From an uncultured Chloroflexia bacterium (GTDB lineage: Bacteria; Chloroflexota; Anaerolineae; Anaerolineales; Villigracilaceae), in assembly GCA_963741325.1 (NCBI GenBank), contig CAVUHJ010000002.1:59373-123372 (forward strand): a stretch of DNA of 64,000 bases, in the 5' to 3' direction. The stretch's first letter is position 1. Each line of letters starts with the position of its first letter. The translations under genes were made by a program, and so were the position numbers. Positions 51,623 through 62,613 of the stretch are shown one piece after another. Under the pieces are notes generated by a model. That model was not told where the DNA came from, searched no databases, and saw only the letters and a program-made list of their open reading frames with translations.

Positions 51623-54600
51623 CGTGAAGCGAAGAACCGCTCTTGCCCCATTCGTTAAACTCTTTCTTGTCATACTCTTAGCCTCCCTCGGGCTTCAAGC
51701 CGCCGCAGGGGCCGGGATGGCCGCGTCTGTTCAGCCGCAGCCCTCGCTGTCCGTGCCGCTCCAATGCTCGAACAGCATCACGGGCCAATACTGCGACATC
51801 CGCGTGGTGCTGCTGATCGATGATACCGGCAGCATGCGCTTTAACGACCCATCTTCTATGCGGGACCAGGGCGCCAAGAACCTGGTGGATATCCTCGTCG
51901 CAGGAGTATTACCAGGTCGCGCGTGGACGCGAAGACCGTTGACCCAACCGTGGTGCTGCCCGATATCAAAGTGGCGGTGCTCCATTTCAGTCACTGCATC
52001 TCCACGGATCCCCTGGACCACTGCAGCTCGGACGTGAAATACAACTCCGGCTGGCTGCCTATAACACAAAAAGACCAGCTTTACACGGCCATCGATTGGC
52101 TGAAGACCCAGCCGAATTATTATCGCGTAAGCCAATACACGCATTTCATCGAGCCCTTCCAGGCGGCGAGCGACCTGTTCAACGACCCGGCTGCCGGCTC
52201 GAGCAACAGCTGCGTCCATCGCATGATGCTCCTGTTAACCGATGGGACACCGGAGGACATCCACGGTCCGCTGGCCGAGCCTGCCCTGGGGAATGAAATG
52301 CAGCAGGTGAAAACCAGCCTGCAGGGCTTCCTGTCGCAGTCGGAAAACAGCCTGTACGTAACCGCCTTCAAGATCGTCCCCAAATACTGGCAGGCCACGC
52401 AGCCCTATTGGCAGGACATTGCCGGAGACCCGGGCACGTGTCGCTGGAAAGCTCACTGGACGGGGTGACCAGCCGCATGGAAAAGATCGTGACCTCCATC
52501 ATCGGCGCGGTGAGCAATACCATCCCTCCCGACTCGAGCGACCCGCGGCTGTATAAGGTGCGAGGTGCTGCACCATGTCAACTCGCTGCGCCTCACCTAC
52601 TATAAGCTCGACCCGACCGCCAGCCTCACGCTGACCGACCCCCAGGGGAAGGCGGTTGTCCCGGATAACACTACCGTCACGCAGAGCGGCAAGGGGACCG
52701 CCATCGAAGTCTGGACGCTGATCGATCCGCTGGCCGGCATCTACCAGGTTAAAACCTCTTCAATTGACGGGACCATCACCACCATCCCGCGCTACGCCGT
52801 GAGCGCGCAGCTTGAAGCGCCCACCGAGGCGAACCCGCTGCCCGAGTTTACGCAGGGCACAGATCCAGCTCAGCCTGCTGGACAGCCAGGGTGCGCCGGT
52901 GCTGCCGACCGACGACCCCGGCGATACATTGAATTTGGAAGCCAGGCTTACCAACGCGGGTCAAAGCCTGCCGCTGCCGCTCACCGTGAGCGGCGATCAG
53001 TACCAGGCGAGCTGGATGCCGCTGTCTACCGATGCGGTCCAGCTGCATGTAAGCCTTGAACTGAAAGACGCAAATAACAACTCACTCTGGAAATGCAGCG
53101 GTGACACAGGCAACCTGCCGGTTGACCAGGTATCGGTATTGGCCGAACCTCCGAGTGAATGCACGCCTGTCAATACAACGCTGAGCGTGCCTCTGCAAGT
53201 GGTCAATGTGCGGACAGGCCAAAGCACAGGGATCGGCTTGCCGATTCAATGGCAGGTGGCATCAGTTACTCAGCCCGGCGGAAAAGCAGTCCCTTCCTCG
53301 GTGGATGTGGTGGACGCCGCGACGGGTGTATACCAGCTGACCCTCAAGCCGGTCATACCGGAGAATATCCAATCGCATGTGACTGCCAGTGTCCTCCTAA
53401 ACGGCCAACCCTTGGCGGCGTGGTCGTACGATCAGAACATCCCGATCAGCGTCTGCACTCCGCAGCCGACGCCGCCGCCCGTGCCCGAACAGCTGCAGCG
53501 GGCAATGGGATTATCTGTTCTGGGCGCTGTTGATCCTGCTGCTGCTCCTGCTGTTGACCGGGCTGGTCCTCCGTAAAGAGGAACGCAAAGAGCAGAAGAG
53601 AAATTTACATTCATCGTTCTGGATGCTCCTGATCCTGATCCTGCTGCTGATCGGGCTGTGGCGGTTCTTGTGCTTCGATGTCTCGCTCTGGCCGCTCTTG
53701 ATCCTGCTCCTCATCCTGCTGTTGTTCGTGCTGCTGGTGCGAGTCCTCTCCGGGGATGACGATGACAGGTCACGCCGCTTGGAGCTGGATCCTCGTGATC
53801 CTGTTGGTCCTCCTGATGCTGCTCTGGCTGATATTCTTCAGCGGCTTTTGGATTTACCTTGCCATGCTGCTGCTCGTCCTGCTGATCATGCTGCTGGTGA
53901 TCTGGCTGCTCGCGCGCGCACAGGAATGAAGATGAACCCGTGCCCTTCTGGCTGTTGCTGAGACTGTTGGTCCTGCTCGTGTCGTCTGGGTTGGTCTTCT
54001 TTGGCGGTTTCCCCGGCTGGCTGGCAGTGGTCCTGGCGCTGATCTGGCTGGTGGTCCTGCTTTGGTTGTGGCTCATGTACGAGGAGAGGGATTGGAGAAC
54101 ATCCACCAACTCATGGCTTTTGATCTTCGTCTTCCTCGTGCTGGTGGTCATCTGGTTGGTCTATTTCAGCACCTATTGGCTGTACCTGACCGGGCTGCTG
54201 GTCTTCCTGCTGTTGATCGGGCTGGCTGCATGGACTCTCTATCGCTACAGCAATCCCCTGTGGGGCGTGATCGGCATCGTCGATCGGAGGAACCGCCTGC
54301 TGTGGAGCGCCTCGCTGGCTGACCCTGAAAGATCGGTGGCAGGTCGTACTATGATTGGAAGTTCAAAGAACGGATCGGCGGCGTAAAGCGTCTCCGCATC
54401 CACTCCTGGGACAGGCGCAGGCATTGGCTGGTATTGAGAGTCACATTGATCGAGGGCAAGCGCACCTTCAAGCGCAGCCTCGAGCACTGGCAGGACTGCG
54501 AGCTGGAAGACGGCTTCCGCATCATCTGGCTGGAGAAGGCTCCCCGAACCGAAACGGCCTCCGCAGCGCAAGCCTCGCAAACCGGCTCCGGGGACGGGCG

Positions 54601-55022
54601 GTAAAAAGCGTGCCCAAAGCTACGACATCGCAGAGGTCGAAGGCATCGGCCCTGCCTATGCCGCGCGGCTGAGGAAATTAGGCATCCATACGACCGACGA
54701 ACTGCTGAAGGTGGCCGATTCCCGCAAAGGCCGGCAGGTGCTTTCCGAAAAGAGCGGCTTCTCCGTCGAGCGGATCCTGGAATGGGTGAACCGCGCCGAC
54801 CTGATGCGCGTGCCTGGCGTCGGTTCGGAATACAGCGACCTGCTCGAAGCGGGCGGCGTGGATACGGTGAAAGAGCTTCGCCGTCGCAACGCTGAAAACC
54901 TCTATAACACGCTCCGCAGGGTCAACCAGAGGAAGAAGCTGGTTCGTCGCCTGCCCGACCTGGAAGAGGTACAGGCCTGGATCGCCTCCGCCAGGAAGAT
55001 GAAAACGCTCGTAACGTATTGA
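51623..55022 (+). CDS. About 1130-aa composite protein: signal/anchor, vWA domain, beta-sandwich repeats, nine Leu-rich TM helices, small cytoplasmic domain, DUF4332-like C-terminus; frame broken about 9 times (could be 2 genes)
   Basis: GTG after AGGAGAG; ..VVLLIDDTGSM.. and ..LLLTDGTPED.. (vWA MIDAS); TM array 53500-54240; ..YDIAEVEGIGPAYAARLRKLGIHTTDELL..VPGVGSEYSDLLEAGGVDTVKEL.. Confidence 0.55.
53515..54235 (+). repeat. CTG-rich quasi-repetitive coding block (tandem Leu-rich TM modules)
   Basis: Recurrent GATCCTGCTGCTGCTCCTGCTG-like strings; nine helices of type (F/S/Y)W.LLILLL.. Confidence 0.6.
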
Positions 55023-55037
55023 AATAAGACACTTACT

Positions 55038-55224
55038 AAAGATGTTTTGGGAGTTCTACGCCTTTTCAAAAACGAGCAAAGCGGGTCCTGATCTCAATTT
55101 TGGGATGTGGACGGTGCTTTCCCGTTCACATCCCAAAATTAGGAATCCTCTCCTCCCCTAAAGGGGAGGTGGGGTGGGGTCTCTGTGACTAAATACCAAA
55201 ATCCTTATCTCGAGCTAATGTTAA
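55038..55224. repeat. About 185-bp non-coding insertion flanked by TAA; core 55096-55203 is the inverted homologue of 15409-15528
   Basis: Absent from the otherwise homologous site at 58622-58631; contains hairpin AATTTTGGGATGTGGACGG..CCGTTCACATCCCAAAATT. Confidence 0.6.
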
Positions 55225-55229
55225 ATAGA

Positions 55230-55267
55230 AACAGGCTTCGGTGTGAAGAACAACCACCGAAGCCTGT
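55230..55267 (+). terminator. Hairpin terminator of the DUF4332-type gene
   Basis: AACAGGCTTCGGTG-11 nt-CACCGAAGCCTGTT then CTTATTT. Confidence 0.55.
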
Positions 55268-55309
55268 TCTTATTTCAGAAAAAAAATACTATTTCTTCGT
55301 TCTTTCTTC

Positions 55310-55355
55310 AAAAAAAATCCGCGTAAATCCGTCTCGTCCCTGTTTTTCCGCGTTC
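55310..55355. repeat. ATCCGCGTAAATCCG-type short repeat
   Basis: AAAAAAATCCGCGTAAATCCGTCTCGTCCCTGTTTTTCCGCGTTC. Confidence 0.55.
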
Positions 55356-55385
55356 TATTCTCCGCCGTTCACTGCCACCCTCACA

Positions 55386-55890
55386 TCATAATACCGGGTG
55401 TTCAACCGCTGTTTGTTCGCCGCTCTGCTCCGACTTTTTCTTTACCACATTCGTCAGGGCGCTCAGGCCGCGTGCAAGCGCGCTCAAATCATCATCGCTC
55501 AGGTTAACCAGCCAGCGCTGCCACTGTTTCTCGCGCTCGCTTGCGACGTCCTTCACCGATCTCTGCGCCCTGCTCGCTGAGAGTCACCACCGTCTGGCGT
55601 CGATCGGTCTCATGCTCCGTGCGGACCACGAGGCCGCGCGCCACCAGTTGCTGCACCAGGATACTGGCCGTGGGGTTCCCAACGCCCAGCATGCGCGCCA
55701 GCTGGCTGACGGTCATGGCCTTGTTCGCCGCCAGGATGATCACAGCCCTGGCCTGCGCAAACGTCAGTTCGAGCATCAGCCAGTGCGAGACCGCATTGAA
55801 CTGCATGATCACGAACAAATCCATATAGGCCTGCACGATCGCGCCGACGAGTTGGGGCCGGCTTTGCGCCGTATTTTTCACGGGTTTCAT
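55386..55890 (-). CDS. MarR-family transcriptional regulator; frame broken near 55570
   Basis: ..LTFAQARAVIILAANKAMTVSQLARMLGVGNPTASILVQQLVARGLVVR..; natural C-terminus recovered in the next frame; ATGA overlap with the upstream gene. Confidence 0.75.
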
Positions 55891-58458
55891 TTCGGCTCCT
55901 CCGCTTTCAGGACCAGGCCGCGCGAGCCATCCACCCTGATCCATTGTCCATCTTGCAGCTGCCGCGTGCCGTTTACCGTGCCCATCACCGCCGGTACGCC
56001 GTATTCACGGGCCACGATCGCGGCATGCGAAGCAGAGCCTCCGGTATCCACGACCACCGCCGCCGCATGCTGGAAAAGCGGCGTCCAGGCCGGGTTGGTG
56101 ACCGGGGCCACCAGCACATCCCCTTGCCGCAATTTTCCGAACTCGGAAGCATCCAGTATGATCCGCACCGGGCCGCTTGCCATGCCCGGGCTGCCCGATG
56201 AACCGCTTAAAAGCACATCCTGCTCCCTGCCCTTCCGCGGAGCGAGGGCCAGCAAGCGCGGGTCCACCATCGGCGTATCCCCCAGCGATTTGCGCTTGGC
56301 TTTGCGGCGTGAAACAAGCTCTCTGATCCGGTCAATGGTATGGGAAGGCAGCGGCCACGTGTCGCCTACCGATTTAAGCTCTTCCAGCCGCAAATGAAAT
56401 ACATCCGCTGCCGTCTCGAGCGCGCCGGCCTTTTCCAGGCGCTGACCGAGTTCGAGGGCCATGTGCCGGATGGGCGGCTGGGATAACGTCAAATAGAAAT
56501 GGGTGTCCTCGCGGATTTGAAAAAGTGCACGCGCATTGCCCAGCGACTTCAGGAACAGGTTGCGGAGGGCCTTCGTGCCCAGCATCGAATGTGCCAGTAA
56601 CTCGTCCCGTGCCCGCTGCCAGGCTCCGTTATTTTGCTCCTGCTTTGGCCCCACGCTCACCAGCACTTTCAAAATCCCGAGCACGATCTCGGGTTGATCC
56701 TTCCAGGCCGGTTCTGAAATCGTGAGCACCGTCTCGCGGTGGCCGTATCGATCCAGGAAATTATCGAGGTCCTTCAGAAAAGCCTGCCCTGCCGGTGAGC
56801 CCTTTAGGACCGATCCTAATTCGCGCACCTCATTCCGGGCAAATGCCTCTCTCAGCCCCGCGTCAAACCGGGCCTGCCTGGCCAACGCCTCCAGCGCCAG
56901 GTTGGTTTCCGTCGTCTTGGTCTGTACGCCCGAGACCAACTCGCTAAAGGCTAGCCCCGCGGCCCGCCAGCTTAAGCAGCATCCATAACAGTCCCAATCC
57001 CAGGAGCGCCTGGGGCAGATACAGCTCGCGGACCTTCATGCCGCGCGGGATCAGGCCCAGCGCCTCATGCAGCGCCTCGATATTCTGCGCCCAGGTCAGC
57101 GATCCCGGGTTCAGCCCATCGAGTTCGTTCACCCCGGTTATATACTCACGCAATAACGGGTCGGCTTCCCAGCGTGACGGGTCATAATGGCGCGTCCGCC
57201 ACAGGGCAAGCAGGGGATTGATGATCACCAGCGGCGACGGATAGAATTTGGGTGGTTGGAAGCGCACCACCACGCCCTCCTCCTCAAACAAGGCCTCGTC
57301 CGGGTTCGGCGCATCCTTGCCGATCATGGCGGTCAGCAGATTGCCGATACTGCGTTCCACTGCGCCTGTAAAAGTCGTCACGTCCAGCGGATAGGGACGC
57401 ACCGGCCACATCTCCGCCAGCATGGGGACGATCAGCCGCATCGCTCCGGTGACTTTCAGAGGCCTCGGCAAAGCAGTGATCGGCCGCGCCTGCAGGATAA
57501 AGAACTTCCCGGTTGTACGGGTTTCCTTGATCCATGCCCATTCGATATCCTGGTATTTGCGGTAAAACGTCTCGATCTTGACCCCCAACTGCGCAAGCTT
57601 TTTGATCTCTGATTTGGGTAGGGCCGCCTCGCCCACCGCTGAATGATCCGACGTGACTTGCTCGGTACCGCCCCCGGCTTTGGCGCGCACGATCACCTCC
57701 CGCCTGCCGGAAGTCTGTTCCTTGATGCGCTTTGTGCGCTTCTCGACCACGTAATGATCCGGCGTGACCGCGCCGCTCACCACGGCTTCGCCCAGCCCCG
57801 GGTTCGCGTCGATCACCACCACGTTCAGCAGGCCGCTGACCGGGTCCGCGGTGAACATCACACCGGCTGCATCGGCCGGGACCATGCGCTGCACCACCAC
57901 CGCCAGTTTAACGGACGCCTGGTCTACATTTTGGTGAGCACGGTAGAGGATTGCGCGCTCCGACCACAGCGACGCCCAACAACCGCGCACCGCTTCGAGC
58001 AGCGCGGGTTCGCCGATAACATTCAGGAAGGTTTCCTGTTGTCCGGCGAAGGCGGCTTCAGGCAGGTCTTCCGCGGTCGCACTCGAACGGACCGCGACCC
58101 CGTCACCGCCCAGCCGCTGATAAGCCTTCATGACCTCATCGGTTATCTCTGGCGGAAGCGGGACATGCTCGAATAGGTCGCGGATGTCCTGGCTGATCTT
58201 TGCCAGCGCTTCGGGCTGGTCGGGTTGGAGGGCAGCGACGAAAGCCTCCAGGCGGGAACGCAGGTCCTTGTCCTGCAAAAGCAGGTCATAAGCGGCTGTG
58301 GTAATGACAAAGCCGGCCGGTATGTCGAACCCTCCGCGTGATAACTCGCCCAGGTTCGCGCCTTTTCCACCTGCCAGCAGCAGATCGTTGTGCCCAAAAC
58401 GGGAAAGCGGCGCGACGAGAGGGCGGCGAAGGCGATCGGATAGATTTGCAAGAGACAT
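55887..58458 (-). CDS. PEP-utilising enzyme with rifampin-phosphotransferase-like architecture (PPDK_N ATP-grasp + central domain + swivel His domain); frame broken near 56940
   Basis: ..LLAGGKGANLGEL.., ..VRSSATAEDLPEAAFAGQQETFLNV.., C-terminal ..VVDTGGSASHAAIVAREYGVPAV..; about 855 aa total. Confidence 0.7.
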
Positions 58459-58569
58459 GCTTCACTCCGAAGATTTAATATGAGATGGAACGACTTGCTT
58501 ATATTGATTTATATTACCAAAATGGTTTGATTTTGTCAAACTATTTTATTATGAGAATATAAATTGATA

Positions 58570-58685
58570 GCCTCGGCAAGGAAAATGAAAACGGTCGTAA
58601 AGTATTGAAATAAGATACTTGCTTATAACGAATAGGCTTCGGCGTGAGGTTCAACCACCGAAGTCTGTTATCTTAGAAAAAACAA
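58570..58685 (+). repeat. Relic copy of the last about 18 codons, stop and terminator hairpin of the DUF4332-type gene
   Basis: GCCTCGGCAAGGAAAATGAAAACGGTCGTAAAGTATTGAAATAAGATACTTGC versus 54985-55037 (about 87% by eye), then hairpin AATAGGCTTCGGCG..CACCGAAGTCTGTT. Confidence 0.7.
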
Positions 58686-58882
58686 TTATCATGAAGATGA
58701 GTAGATGTGGTCGGGATTATAGGAATGGTGTAAAGATGGGGTTAAATAAGGGGAGGGCTAGGGGCGGGCTCCAGCGTGCATTTCATATCACACCCGATTA
58801 TTGTGATGAACATACGCCAGCTCTTATTGCTAATTATCGGCCCCTGCGCACTATGTTAGCCCGTTCATGTCAACTCGAGTTG

Positions 58883-59578
58883 CTATTTTTCGATAAAGAT
58901 TCGGTCAAACAATGGGCTGGAGATATCTGCTCCAGAATAACCATCATATATTTCATAATATAACTGAGATGAACTAATTACACCAGGAATTGTTCCAGAA
59001 AGTTTTATAACATCTCCTTCTATATCTACTTCGATTATTCCATCAGAAATTTTCTTCTCTGACGCGCCGTTTAATTCACTAACGCTAACTTGCATTCCTT
59101 GTTCGATCGGCATGGCTTTTGAAGTACCACTAGACTTAAAATGCGCTGCCCATAAACAATAATCTGCCCCGGCTAACCATCCTAGCGATGCTCCTGTATT
59201 CTTGTCATTATCAGTGTCAATGCAAATTTTCCACATATACTCAATACTACCTGTGACCACGCCGCTTTCTTTATCAAAAGTTAATTCTGTAGGCACATCT
59301 TTCAAATAGAAAATAGCAGTTACTGAATCGTTTTTCACATCTATTCTAACGTCCATAGGGTCAAATACTGGATTGCTCATGTCACCGTAAGGAGCGGGAA
59401 AAGTAGATAATGGAGCAGGTGTTCCAGTAGGAATTAAAGTTGCTGTAGAAAGAGGGGTATTTGTAGGCGCAATTGTAGAAGTGGGCAGTGTAGTTCGCGC
59501 AAGAGTGGCCGTTGCTGGAACACCACATGCAGAGAGAATCAGGACCAATGCTGCAATAGTCAGTATGTATTTATTCAT
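58883..59578 (-). CDS. Lipoprotein, function unknown, low GC (about 38%)
   Basis: MNKYILTIAALVLILSAC lipobox; Thr/Pro linker; beta-rich domain. Confidence 0.5.
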   Translation of the reverse strand: MNKYILTIAALVLILSACGVPATATLARTTLPTSTIAPTNTPLSTATLIPTGTPAPLSTFPAPYGDMSNPVFDPMDVRIDVKNDSVTAIFYLKDVPTELTFDKESGVVTGSIEYMWKICIDTDNDKNTGASLGWLAGADYCLWAAHFKSSGTSKAMPIEQGMQVSVSELNGASEKKISDGIIEVDIEGDVIKLSGTIPGVISSSQLYYEIYDGYSGADISSPLFDRIFIEK

Positions 59579-59848
59579 TCTTTTAATCTCCTTGAGGGCT
59601 AGCTGCTTTAGCAACCGTCTACTGCGCGGTTTGGTAGACCACTTTTGAACTTAATCTTACATCATAATGGTAGCTTATAGCTGTATCTCGAAAGACGCCT
59701 GGCATAAGCCTGGATTTGATCCCCGCTCTCAATCCCAGTTCAAGGAAGTCTGTTGCGAGCCGGCTCGGTCACGTGAGAGTGATCGAACCACGCAGCACCA
59801 GGGCCTTGTGATGATCCGACCTGTTCCTGGCACGGTATAATGTTTTTT

Positions 59849-60108
59849 GAGTCGAAAACAAACACACATCCCAAGGGTCATCCGGGAGGCAGAGTGGAGA
59901 GTTCTTTTCCAACCTCGGGCCCGGTTTAATTTCCGGGGCAGCCGATGATGACCCTTCCGGGATCTCAACCTACTCTGTGGCCGGGGCAACTTTCGGCTAT
60001 CTGCCTCTATGGATGGCGCTCTTTTCTTATCCATTGACAGCTGCATTGCAATTGATGTGCGCGGTTTTGGGCATGGGTAACCGGGCGGGGCCTGGCGGGC
60101 GTGATACG
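59849..60108 (+). pseudogene. 3'-truncated copy of the 5' end of the Nramp gene (about 85 codons)
   Basis: Encodes ..GPGLISGAADDDPSGISTYSVAGATFGYLPLWMALFSYPLTAALQLMCA..; about 88% nt identity by eye to 61187-61448. Confidence 0.7.
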
Positions 60109-60275
60109 ACTTCTTGCTGACGATCCTACAGAGCCGCCGCGCGAGAGTCTGTAAAGCGACCCGTTTACAACTTTAGAGAATCTGTTATGCTTGAGACGCG
60201 CCTAACTACCTCGCTGCGCAATTGCCGCGAGCATAGGGCACTGGTTCCATTATGCATGAGTATTGAGGTGGTGGG

Positions 60276-60918
60276 ATGAGATTGCCAAAGCATGTCGGCG
60301 TGATTCCAGATGGAAATCGAAGATGGGCGCAAGCCAGACGTCTGGCCAAAGGCAAAGGATACGCGAACGGGTTGGACTGGCTTTGACCTTCCTTAAGCTG
60401 GCCCAAACAGCCGGGATCAAGGAGCTGACGGTCTACGGGTTTACCATGGAGAACAACAGGAGACCACCGGTACAGAGAAAAGCGTTTACAGACGCCTGCA
60501 TTCGTGCAGTGGATCTTCTTTCCAGAGAGGATGCGGAGCTGTTGGTAGTTGGGAATACGGATTCACGCTTCTTCCCGAAAGAATTGCTTCCTTACACTTC
60601 CGAGCGAAGGACCTTCGGCGATGGAGGCATAAAGGTTAATTTTCTGGTGAACTATGGATGGGAATGGGACTTGGACAAGTTGAAAACGGCCGATCCCACG
60701 CGCACAAATATCATGGATCACGTGCAATCTTCTAGATTTCCAGGATAGATCTCATTATTCGCTGGGGAGGCAGGAGCAGGTTGAGCGGTTTTCTGCCCGT
60801 GCAGTCTATTTACGCCGACATTTATGTTGTGGATGAATTTTGGCCGGATTTCGAACCGGAGCATTTTTTCCGGGCTCTGAAGTGGTACACAAAACAGGAT
60901 ATTACGCTTGGCGGCTAG
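60276..60918 (+). CDS. cis-prenyltransferase (undecaprenyl-diphosphate synthase family), short paralogue; frame broken near 60385 and 60745
   Basis: [18 protein letters not shown].. and ..[35 protein letters not shown].. Confidence 0.7.
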
Positions 60919-61168
60919 GGCTATCGTTGAGGCACAGGGCCCTACAGAGCTATATATATTCATGTGTATTATACGAATGTCAAAAGAACCGATTTTCGCC
61001 CGATTGAGAGCTTACGAAGGCATGAGGACATACCGCGAACGTGCTCGGCTGTGTATGTTGGTATTTCGTTCTACGGAAGCTAAGGAACATGATCGTGGAT
61101 TTTGACAGGTGAGGTCAAACGGTATCATTAAAGCGTAAACGCGGCTGGCTGTAAATTTCAAATGACAT

Positions 61169-62476
61169 ATGGATAAATCAAACACCGAGTTGAAAACAAA
61201 CACGACATCCCAAGCGGCATCCGGGAGGAAGGGTTGGAGAGTTCTTTTCCAACCTCGGGCCCGGTTTAATTACCGGCGCCGCCGATGATGACCCTTCCGG
61301 GATCTCCACCTACTCCGTCGCCGGGGCAGCCTTCGGCTATCTGCCGCTGTGGATGGCGCTCTTTTCTTTTCCATTAACGGCTGCACTGCAATTGATGTGC
61401 GCACGTCTCGGCCTGGTGACCGGGCGAGGCCTGGCGGGCGTCATACGCCGTTATTATCCGCGCTGGGTGCTGTGGGGAGCTTGCTCGCTGTTGATCGTGG
61501 CGAATGTGTTCAACATCGGCGCCGACCTGGGCGGGATGGCGGCAGCCACAGCCCTGGTCACGGGGGTCAAGTCATTTTACTGGACGCCCATTTTTACGGC
61601 GGTGATCATTCTGGTGCTGATTTTCTCCTCCTACCGGCTCATCGCAAAGATCTTCAAATGGCTGACGCTCGTGCTCTTTTCTTATATTCTGACGGCTTTT
61701 CTGGCTCAACCCGATTGGGGCGCGGTCCTGCATGCCACCTTTATTCCGCAGGTTTTATGGTCCAGCGCGTTCCTTGCGGCTTTTGTCGGGATCCTCGGCA
61801 CGACCATCAGCCCCTATCTTTTCTTCTGGCAGGCCTCCCAGGAAGTCGATGAAGAGAGAGCACAGGGCAAGACGACGGTCGCCAGACGCAAAGGCGCAAC
61901 GGATGAGGAATTGCGTATTGCCCGGACCGACGTTCTGGTCGGGATGTTCTTTTCCAACCTGGTGATGTACTTCATCATCCTGACGACTGCCGCCACATTA
62001 CATGCTCACGGCAGTACCGATATCCAGACCGCACAACAAGCGGCGCTGGCTTTGCGTCCACTGGCCGGCCCGTGGGCTTATCTTCTCTTCACGATCGGCA
62101 TCATCGGTACGGGCATGCTGGCCGTTCCGGTCCTGGCAGGCTCCGCCGCCTACGCCATCACCGAAGCGGAGAAATGGCGTGGAAGCCTGGAATCCCGGCC
62201 CAATGTAGGCGAAGCGATTTTATGCCGTCGTGGCGGTTTCGATGCTCCTGGGGCTGGCTCTTGGATTTTGTCGGGTTCAACGCGGTCAGGATGCTTTTTT
62301 ATTCGGCGGTTCTCAACGGTGTTCTGGCCCCGCCCCTGATCGTCCTGGTCACGCTGCTGACGAGCAACCCCAAAGTCATGGGCAAGCGTGTCAGTCCGCC
62401 TCTCCTGCGTTATTTGGGTTGGGCCACGGCAGCCATCATGGCCATCGCAGCCATTGGAATGTTCTTAACGCTGTAA
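61169..62476 (+). CDS. mntH: Nramp-family divalent metal transporter; frame broken near 61204 and 62220
   Basis: ..GPGLITGAADDDPSGISTYSVAGAAFGY.. DPGN-type motif region; 11-12 TM. Confidence 0.7.
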
Positions 62477-62613
62477 GGAATCCGAGGGCCTCGCCGTCCC
62501 AATCTACAATCATCAATCTACAGGGTACTGCGTAATTATCTAAACCAACGCCCTGATTTTTGCCCTACAAATGATCAAAACCAGTTTAGACATTTATGCA
62601 AGAAGCAGTAAAA

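Noticed and set aside
53515-54235. Repetitive block that might be a CRISPR array or a non-coding tandem repeat
   Set aside because: There is no constant-length repeat/spacer periodicity. The repetition is CTG-codon driven and translates into hydrophobic helices continuous with the flanking coding sequence.
60960-61168. Possible Mn-sensing (yybP-ykoY) riboswitch or MntR box upstream of the Nramp gene
   Set aside because: Only a weak TTGACAGG string is present. I saw none of the conserved four-way-junction motifs, so the call cannot be supported without a covariance search.
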